Positions 49,967 through 59,700 of a DNA stretch of 64,000 bases are shown here, one piece after another. The stretch lies in NCBI GenBank assembly GCA_020137815.1, contig CM035354.1:1116001-1180000 (forward strand), given 5' to 3'. The DNA is from Hormiphora californensis. Its lineage: Eukaryota > Animalia > Ctenophora. Both the position numbers and the translations under genes were made by a program. Every line of letters begins with the position of its first letter. The first letter of the stretch is position 1. Under the pieces are notes generated by a model, which did not search any database, was not told the DNA's origin, and saw only the letters and a program-made list of their open reading frames with translations.

Positions 49967-52900
49967 TTAGTTCCTCTCGCAGATGTATGCGGTGAACTTG
50001 TTGTTTGTCTTGCCACTTGTCTTTTTATTGGTCATACACCTGGAGGAGGGAAGTGTGGGTTAGAACTTTATATACCCTGCTAACTTAAATAACCCGCCAG
50101 TGGCGAGAAGTCCCACTGGCGCGCTGTCAATAAACAGCTAGTCCAGCGGCAGATTATTTCCCACTGGCAGGTTATTTATTATTAACTCCTATGTTACATT
50201 CAAAGTGAGTGTAAATGATCAGTTCTTACTGAAATACAGAGGGAACACTATTTGCAAGAGTTACACACTACATTGGAGAGAAAGAAAGAACACATTCCGT
50301 CAATTACTCTCTCTTTATCTCCCCTTCTTTCTCACTATCTCAATTCCTCTGTGTTATGTCTGGCATGCCCCATATCTTGTTAATTCTTTCTCTCTCTCCT
50401 TAGTAACTGTTACCAAACACTATACACTCAATTGAGAGATGTTTTTGACTGTTTCTCAGTTCTCTTTGTGTGTTTTCATTAGTGTTCTCTCTCTTGTTAT
50501 TGTGTAATACTTGAAACAAACGACTAAAGCAGGGTATATAACCCATAAACTCTGACCAATGGCACGTTATTGGTTTAAACCCCTCCGCCTCTCCCTCGGC
50601 TACGCCTCGGGATCGTCGTCGTGATTTAAACCAGTTTATCCGCCACTGGCGGATAAACTACAGCTACCTTCTCCCAGCGGCGCGCTGGGAGAAAGGTATC
50701 TGAAATAACGTGCCAGTGGCCAGAGTTTATGCCTCATGTAACTAGAAGAAAGTGGGAAAATATGGCGTAAAGATTTCGTAACGAAGTTACCCCTCCCGCG
50801 TGAAGGTCGGGGTTATTTCGCAACCAACGTAAAGATGGGGTTAGAATGGGAACTGACCGAATCAGGAAATACTGGTCCCTGATTGGCTGATAACCAGTCA
50901 CGTGACCTAAATAACTAGTTCTGATTGGTTGTTTACTTCAAGTGTCGGTGGTTCACTCACTTGTTCTTGTTCTTGCAGGAGATTCCAGCACATTTGGTGT
51001 CGGCTTCACACGCCTTAACAGCTGCCTCCATGCTCTGCATGCCGCTGAGCTTCTTCTTCAACTTGTAGCTCTCAACAGTTTTCCAGGTGCAAACCTCCTC
51101 GGGCTCATCGGTCTTCTCATCATCACCATCATCACCATCATCACCATCATCACCATCATCACCATCATCACCATCATCACCATCATCACTATCATCATCA
51201 GCCCTGGATCCTGGAGTGAGGGAAGGAAGGGGTTAGTGGTAGGTTTATAATAAGGGACATCAACTATAAGGTCCATTGTACAGCTACTTGTCTCATAAAA
51301 TACTGCACTGGGCTAAAGGTACAGTCAGTGCGCCTGACAAACAGCTCTAACCCCGTACTTACCAGAGATCATAGGGTAATGAGCGTAGTTGGCAATGGCA
51401 CAGGTGTTCAGGCTGTTTCCGGCGGTACCCCTAGCCATCTTGATGTGTCCTTTGTCTCCCCAGTTTCCTCCCCAGCTGTTTCGGCAGTTGAAGTAGGAAT
51501 CACCATTGGCGTGGATACCGTATCCAACAACATCGACAGCGTGGTTAACGGAGGAGCAGCTGGTAGCGGAGTAGACACCATCCTGAATGGGTGGGAGGTC
51601 TGTGAGTATACTAATGAGTATACACATTACACATGGTGTGAGAGGTGGGAGGTCTGTGAGTATACTAATGAGTATACATGGTGTGAGAAGTAAAGTGTGT
51701 ATCACACTCACTGAGTATAATACATGATAGATGATGGTGAGCCGTATGGCGGCGCCAGACCCCAATTTGATTCTCAACAGTGCGCTCAGATGGGGTCGCG
51801 GCGCCATACAGATTGTCTCTAATACCTTGTAAGAGTAGAAAGAGTTGATGACACCAATAGCGACGGAGAGGACACCAATGGTATCATCAGCAATAGCGGC
51901 AACAAGGGCATCATCAGACTTGCTGAGGTACTTGGTTCCTGAGATGGTGAATCCGGCGAGACCGTTCTTGGAGGCATCCTTCTGGCAAGTAGAATCTGAA
52001 AATGAGTAATATATAATATTATCATCTACGACTATGAAATAGCTCGCTTCGAAATAATTCTAATAGTAGCTGTCAGATCGTTGGTCTAACAGAATAGTAG
52101 AGAGCTAGAGAAAGTGTATTATAATAATTACCCTTGGCGGTGTAAGCATAGTCGGCAGTCTCAGCAAGGAGATTTCCGTTGTTCTTGGACCAGGTATAAC
52201 AAGAAGCGGGCCATCCTCCGTTGCAACCGTCCCTGGATCCCTCGTAGACACAGTCAAGATACTGCTGCTCGGACAGACTCTTCTTGGTAGACTGGAAGGT
52301 AGAAGGGAGGGTAAGTAATTGTTGTTTAGCTGGGAGCAATTTTTCACCATATATTGAGAGTGGTTCTGAGATTTAATCAGGGTTTAGAGGAGCCGGGAGG
52401 GAGCCGGGATAATAAAAACTTACATATCCCCGGTTGACTTGGTACTCCAGAGGTCCAACGGCTCCAAAGGCCCAGCAAGATCCACAGGATCCCTGGTTCT
52501 TGGGATCGGGGAGCACATCAGCGTAGTCAACATTATCAGCTCGTTTCACAAGAGATCGCCTGACCAGGGGCTCGACATCCCTCCTGGCGAGCTCGAGAGA
52601 AGAAGCGTTCAGTCCGGTGTAGGCTTTCTTCTCATCATCGGTCATAGTTGCGAACTGGTTGTATCCGGCATGCCAGTGGTCACCATCATTAGCGTTGTGT
52701 TCCTCAATTTCATCACAATTTCTGAGAGGGAGAGAGGGTTTAATAGTGAGACCGTGGAGTGAGAGAGGGAGGGTTTAGTGAGACCCCGTGGACAGTATCA
52801 ATGTAGCCTAATGTAAATTAAATGGTTAAACAATAAAGTGCAATAGTCAGATCAACACATTATCTGTCAGTACCTAAATCTGTAATAGCTGGGCGGTTGC

Positions 52901-53074
52901 AACTTACTTGCTGAAAGCTGCAAAATGGGCAGCTTGGTCCTCGGAAGAGGCCTGAAGGAAGTTCTCCTGGCCATTCTCAGAGACCAGCTTCTGGAACATT
53001 TTAGCTTTTTCTTCCTGAGTCAGGAGAGCCGAGGCAGCTCCGACCAGACAAGCCAGCACAATCAGGATCTTCAT
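49967..53074 (-). CDS. Cathepsin L-like (papain C1A) protease 1 with Gly-Asp linker and C-terminal Cys-rich domain
   Basis: Signal MKILIVLACLVGAASA; I29-like pro-region (NQFATMTDDE); QGSCGSCWAF, GCNGG, NHAV, RNSWG; about 7 exons. Confidence 0.92.
50069..50737 (-). mobile_element. Repeat family A, copy 3, inverted, in the last intron of cathepsin 1
   Basis: Reverse complement closely matches copy 1. Confidence 0.9.
51745..51809. mobile_element. Very short palindromic MITE-like repeat
   Basis: gtatggcggcgcc...cagtgcgctcagatggggtcgcggcgccatac; related copies at about 55719-55769 and 42977-43230. Confidence 0.6.
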
Positions 53075-53727
53075 GTCTTGAAGGGGGAGAGAGGGTTGGG
53101 TCAAATTGAAGATAGATATAACATGCTAGATCTAGAGAGTTTGGGAATTGATGATGTCGCATCATCAGAGAAAATAGGGATGGGCGGAGGGGTGGTTACT
53201 CGATCAGAAAGGGGGCGTTCTACCAAGGTTGTCATCTCGCAAGAGGAGCCAGGTAACAACTAAAGTGATAAAACTGACAGTGACCGGCCCCCCCCTTTTG
53301 TACCTGTTGTCGAGTTCCCGGAACCACACTACAAAGGGCAGCTCTTCGTTCTGTGTAGACAATGATGCCACAATGTAGACAATGTCCCGCCCACAATGGG
53401 CTGAATGGACGCTTTATCATCCAGGGGGTGGGGGCGTCTCTTTGTATATCTTTAACAAGCTAGTGCTCCTCTTTGTGCTCTTTGTTAGCTTTTAGAGGGG
53501 CGTCTGTGAAAACGTCAAACGACACTTCCAGGGTATTGGAGTAGACAGAGTTGAGGTAGAAAAGATGTGTCTCTTTGTATGAGAGAAGGAGAGAGGGAAA
53601 GAGAGAGAAGGAGAGAGGACAGAGAGGGAGGCAGAGAGGTGGAGGAAGAATAGAAATGGCAGCTAAACAAAGAAAACAAAAGCATTTTCAGCAGTAAAAG
53701 ATAGGTGGTCTGTAGTTGGTAACAATT

Positions 53728-56700
53728 TTACAATCGTTTGCATTGGTAAGCAGTAAACTTCAGTTTCGAGACAGATCCGTTCTTGCTGTTCAACTGGCAC
53801 CTATAACACAGAGGGGGCGGTTAGCAAGATGTAGTGATATGGCAGTTACTATTATAGCCTCAACTAACAGAGAGATGACGGAACAGACGATCTCCCATCT
53901 AGTAAGGAGACACACTTACTTTCCCTTGTCGTTACAGGAGACTCCCTTGCACTTTGCATTCTCCTGACACAGCTTCTTAGCCTCATCAATATCATAGACC
54001 AACTTGGAGAGGTTTCCTTTCATTCTCCTTTGGGTCATGGTATTCCAGCTACACGAGTCAGTATCATCACCCCCATCGTCACATTCAGAATCACTGGAAC
54101 CTGGGGGATTAATTGGTCACTAATTGATAATTAATTGGTAACTAATTAGCAACTAATTGGTAACTAATTAGCAACTAATTAGTAACTAATTGGTTACTTG
54201 GATAAGTGCCGGAAGAGAGAGGTGACCGTCAGGAATTGAGATGTAGAATTTGGGCTCACTATTTGGAGGGTCACACATGAAATACAGCCCCCCCCCACCC
54301 CCGAAATACACTCATACCTGTGACCCTTGGGTAGTGAGCATAGTTGGAGATAGCACATGTGCTCAGACTTGACTTGAGACCCCTCTTCATCTTGATATAA
54401 CCCTCGTCACCCCACGCGTCTCCCCAACTGTTTCGAACCAGGAAGTACCCAATTTTACCGGAGGTACCATATCCCACAATGTTGACCGCGTGGTTGACAC
54501 TGCTGCAGCTCTTGCCAGAGTAAACTCCTGACTATTAACGAGATGGAGATGATGTGAGATGTTAGATGGGATGTGAGATGTGATGTTAGATAGGATACAT
54601 CAGAAAGGGTGTTAGATGAGATGTGAGATGTTAGATAGGGTGCTAAATAGGGTGTTAGATGAGATGTGAGATGTTAGATAGGATGTCAGAAAGGGTGTCA
54701 GATGAGATGTGAGATGTTAGATAGGGTGCTAAATAGGGTGTTAGATAAGATGTTAGATAGGGTGCTAAATAGGGTGTTAGATAAGATGTTAGATAGGGTG
54801 CTAAATAGGGTGTTAGATAAGATGTTAGATAGGGTGCTAAATAGGGCGTTAGATAAGATGTTAGATGGGGTGTTAGATGAGATGTGAGATGTGAGATGTT
54901 AGATGTTAGATGTTCAGGCCAACTTGGAACCTTGTAGAGGGGGGGGGGAAGTAACTTATCTATACCTTGTAATTGTAGAAGTCGTTGACAACGCCAATAG
55001 CAACGGAGAGAACACCAATCGATTTATCAGCAACGGCCTCAGTCACTGCACTGTCAGTCTTGGGGCTAATGTAAGCGGTACCAGTGATCTTGAAACCAGA
55101 AATGGCATTCTTTACCTTTTTCACACACTTACCATCTGGAAATGGGAGGTGATTTACAGAAATTAGCTTTACATTATTCACGATATAATTTAGTTGATGT
55201 ATTTTGGTTACGCTGGCAAGGGAGGGGTAACTTCAATAGTATTTTACACTCACCAACTTTGTTGTAGGGCAAATCAGCGGTTGAGGCAGCATAATTCCCG
55301 TTGTTCTTTGACCAAGTATAGCACTCGGCGGGCCATCCTCCGTTGCAGCCGTCCCTAGAACCCTCATACACGCAATTCAGGTAGAGCTGCTCAGCCAGGT
55401 TCTTGTGACACTGAAATACAGATTTATTAATAGATGTAATGGTGTACTGGTGTAGGGCGGGGTATGGGTGAAAGAGAGGGGACAGCTAGATTCTTGTGAC
55501 ACTGAAATACAGATTTATTAATAGATGTAATGGTGTACTGGTGTAGGGCGGGGTATGGGTGAAAGAGAGGGGACAGCTAGATTCTTGTGACACTGAAATA
55601 TGTAATGGTGCAGTACTGGTGTAGGGGGGTGTTACAGTAGTGGTGAAAGAGAGGGGGACAGCTAGATTCTTGTGACACTGAAATACAGATAATAGGTGCG
55701 ATGGTAATGGTGTAGGCTGTATGGCGGCGCCATACCCCAGTGCGCTCAGATGGGGTCGCGGCGCAAGACAGGGTGTATGATTTGATTTTCAAACTAAAAG
55801 GTCTACAATACAGGGACACAAACACGCGTAGATATAGACACACATAATATAGGTATAAAGATAAATTTCCCTGTACAATAGAGCCAGATAGCGGAGGGCT
55901 GTAGACAGCGCTTACACCTATCAAGAGAAATATTAAATCAATTAATAGAATATATGATATTTATAGTATTATCATAGTTATTAAATAGTAATTAATTTTA
56001 TTGAGATTTGAGCATGAGCAGCCGCACGATGATAATGATCAACATGAGTAATAATGTTATGATGGTGCTTCTGCTATAATTGGAATATTTCCAAGACCAA
56101 GAGAGAGTAAATAACACGAGAGCGCTATTGGCTAATGGTGGAGAGATCACATGTTCAACACAAGCCAATAATTAGAGAGCAGTTAGGAACTGAAAGAATA
56201 GTTAGACAATAGGGAGAGAGAGAGAGCGAGAGGGAGAGAGAGAGAGAGAGAGGGAGAGAGAGAGAGAGAGAGAGAGAAAGAACAGAACTGACTGAGAGAG
56301 ACAGATGGGAACAATAGGAGAGATACTTGACAGAATACATAAATGAGGTATAAACTCTGGCCACTGGCGCGTTATTTCAGATAACTTTCTCCCAGCGCGC
56401 CGCTGGGAGAAGTTAGCTGAAGTTTATCCGCCGCTGGCGGATAAACTGGTTTAAATCACGACGACGATCCCGAGGCGGAGCCGAGGGAGAGGCGGAGGGG
56501 TTTAAACCTATAACGTGCCAGTGGTCAGAGTTTATAGGTTATATACCCTGCTTTAGTTGTTTATTTCAAGTATTACACACCAACAAGAGAGAGAACACTA
56601 ATCAAAACACTCAAAGAGGACTGAGAAATAGTTAAAACACCTCACAATTGAGTGTACACTGTTTGGTAACAGTTACTAAGCGGTTGCTAAGGAAAGAGAG

Positions 56701-59700
56701 TGAAAGAAATAGCCTGATAAGGGGCATGTCACACATAACACAGAGGAAGAGATAGTGAGACAAAAGGGGAGATAAAGAGAGAGTAATTTACGGAATGTGT
56801 CCTTTCTTTCTCTCCAATGTAGTGTGTAAGTGTTGCACATAGTGTTCCCTCTGTATTTTAGTAAGAACTGATCATTTACACACACTTTGAATGTTCAAAA
56901 TAAATAACCTGCCAGTGGGAAATAATCTGCCGCTGGACTGGCTGTTTATTGAGAGCGCGCTAGTGGGACTGGCGGGTTATTTAAGTTAGCAGGGTATATA
57001 AACGGTTAACGGGAGATCGCGCCAAAATGGAGTAGAGAGCACGAGTTAAATGCTGAAGTGAAACACTTTCGATATTATGAGAACGATAAAAGAAGACCCA
57101 TTTAGTGACTACCTAAGTGACACCCTGATCAGTCCCAGAACTATCCCAAAGATGTCTTTTTAATTGAGAAGAGAAAATTATGGGATCAGAAGTAGCTCTC
57201 AGGGAAAGCGGAAGAAGGTTCCAGAGCTTATGGGCACGGTAGAAGAAGGAATTTTCAAATATGTTAACTCTAGGAACCTCGGACGTCATCAGGTGGAGTG
57301 AATCCATATTGGATTGGGCCCTAGTGTTTATTACTATCTGGGAGGGGGTAAAGAACGAGAGATAAGGAGGGAGATCGATTGGGGAGGTACCATATATTAT
57401 TTTGTGCAGAAGCATTAAATCATTAAGCTCGAATTTATTACGAATAGGAGGTATGTTGAGGTTGGCAAGCTTGGAAAAATATTCTACCTCAGAGTAGCTA
57501 GAATTTTCTTCATCTAGTATCCATTTTATCGCTCGCTTCTGGAGTTTTTCTAGCTTTTCAATCCCAGCTGTACTAGTTGGTCTCCAGATTTGTGAGCAAT
57601 GTTCTAGTAAGGACCGCACAAGAGACAAGTATAGGGTCTTCCGTTCAGGTGGTGTTCTAGCTAATTTACTGTGCCTCTTTAATAACCCTAACTTTTGCCT
57701 CTGGGAAGCAAGAATAGAATTTCTGTGCTCCTCATAACTCAATCGGTTACTAATAAGAACGCCGAGGTCTTTCTCAGAGGAAACTGAAACAATTAATTCC
57801 CCTGCAAGAGTGTAAGAATGCGCTATTTCACGTCTATTTAGATTAAGCCTTATTAATTTACATTTAGCTGGGTGGAAGGAGATGCGGTTTTCTATAGACC
57901 ATTTGTGGAGGTTGTCGATATCGGATTGTAGGCTATCTGAGGGAGAGTGTACACTTTTCCATATTTTGAGATCATCAGCATATAGCCTACTATTGGTACC
58001 CTGATTGATTACACTAGTGATATCATTAATAAATAAGACAAAGAGAAGTGGTCCTAAAATGGATCCTTGAGGCACCCCAGAATGTACTGGTGCCCATTCA
58101 GAGGATATACTATCTATAACTACCCGCTGTTTTCTATCCCTAAGATATTCTATAATGAAACTTAACATTTTCCCATTAATATTGTAATGATCTCGGAGTT
58201 TATCTATAATTACATCATGATTAACACTATCAAAGGCCTTAGCAAAATCAAAATATACGATATCAGTCTGAAGATGGTTATTTATATTGTAGGCGAGGCT
58301 GTCAGTGAATTCAATCATCTGGGTACAGCATGATTTATTAGGTACAAAGCCATGTTGATGAGGAGAAATTTTATCTTGGCAAATAAGGAAGAGCTTGTCC
58401 CTAATAAGTCTTTCAAATACCTTCATTACTAGGCAGGTTAGAGATATAGGCCGATAATTTTTAACTAGAGACTTGTCCCCTTTCTTGTGGACTGGCACTA
58501 CATTTGCCTCTTTCCATTCTGATGGCAAATAACTGGAATGGTATGAGAGATTATAGATGTATGCAAGAGGGCGAGCTAGGACTGAAGAACATTTTTTAAG
58601 AACAATACCGTCTATATTGTCAGGACCAGTTGCTTTGGAGGGGTTTATATCCTTGAGGATTTTTTGAACATCCTCCTCTCTAAATAGAAGATTATTACAG
58701 TCATTTACGTGGTTCCTGTTAGGATCGATTACTGTATTGTAACTACTAATATCAGAAAATTGAGCACAGAAGAAGTTGTTGAACATGTTACATTTTTCAG
58801 AAGTTCTACAGGAAGAGTTGTTATTGTCACTAACAGAATCGGGAATTCTAGTGCTCCCTACTAAAGATTTAAGATACTTGTAGAACTTTTTAGTTATAGT
58901 ATTACTGTCATTCATTTCCTCGTCTGTATAGTAACTAGCTCTTTTGTCTTCTACAGAGAGTTTGTAATTGTCAGCCAGGGATACGTATTCGTCGTTTAAG
59001 GTGATATCGTCAGGATGCTTAAGATGAAGCTTGCGGGCTCTTTCTACAGATTTTCGGAGAGCTTTTAGGTCTTCATCGAACCAGGGTGGACGAGAGGAGG
59101 GTTTAACAGTGACCATAGGAACGTACCTTTTTAGGATAATGTCTAGTTTTGATTTGAGACAAGAGACACATTCTCGAGCATTAAGGCCCACAAAAAGAGC
59201 ATTCCAATTGCATGAGTTCAGATCTTGGTTAATCCGATCCCAGTTTGCTTTCTTATATGAAAATTTTCTAAACTTGGCAGTATTTTTCATGGAGACTCCT
59301 AAATTGATGGTACATTTAATTGTGCTATGATCAGATTTAACTAATAGATCCTGTTTAACTTTAACTTGATTATATATGCTAGGTCTATTTGTAAGAATGA
59401 GGTCTAGGATATTTCCTGAACGATGCGTAGGAGAGTTTATCAGGGATACCATACCAAGGTTACTTACGATTTCAAGGAAACTAGATTGTCTCCCAACATT
59501 GGATGAAGGCAAATCCCAGTTTTTTATAGAGCTAAGATTGAGGTCGCCTATTATTGTAAGGGAATTATATCGCTTCGAGAGATAGTTTAATAGGATACAG
59601 AGAGACAGTGCTGTTAGAAAGATTATAGTTTTTAGACATGAACGAGTGGTTTGTGGGGGGTGTGGTTGTGGATCATCCGTGCGGCTACTCATTTCCTCAA

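Noticed and set aside
49174-50435. Short ORFs repeated in family A copies (MCVNDQFLLKY...)
   Set aside because: Non-ATG starts, variable ends and no recognisable domain; probably non-coding.
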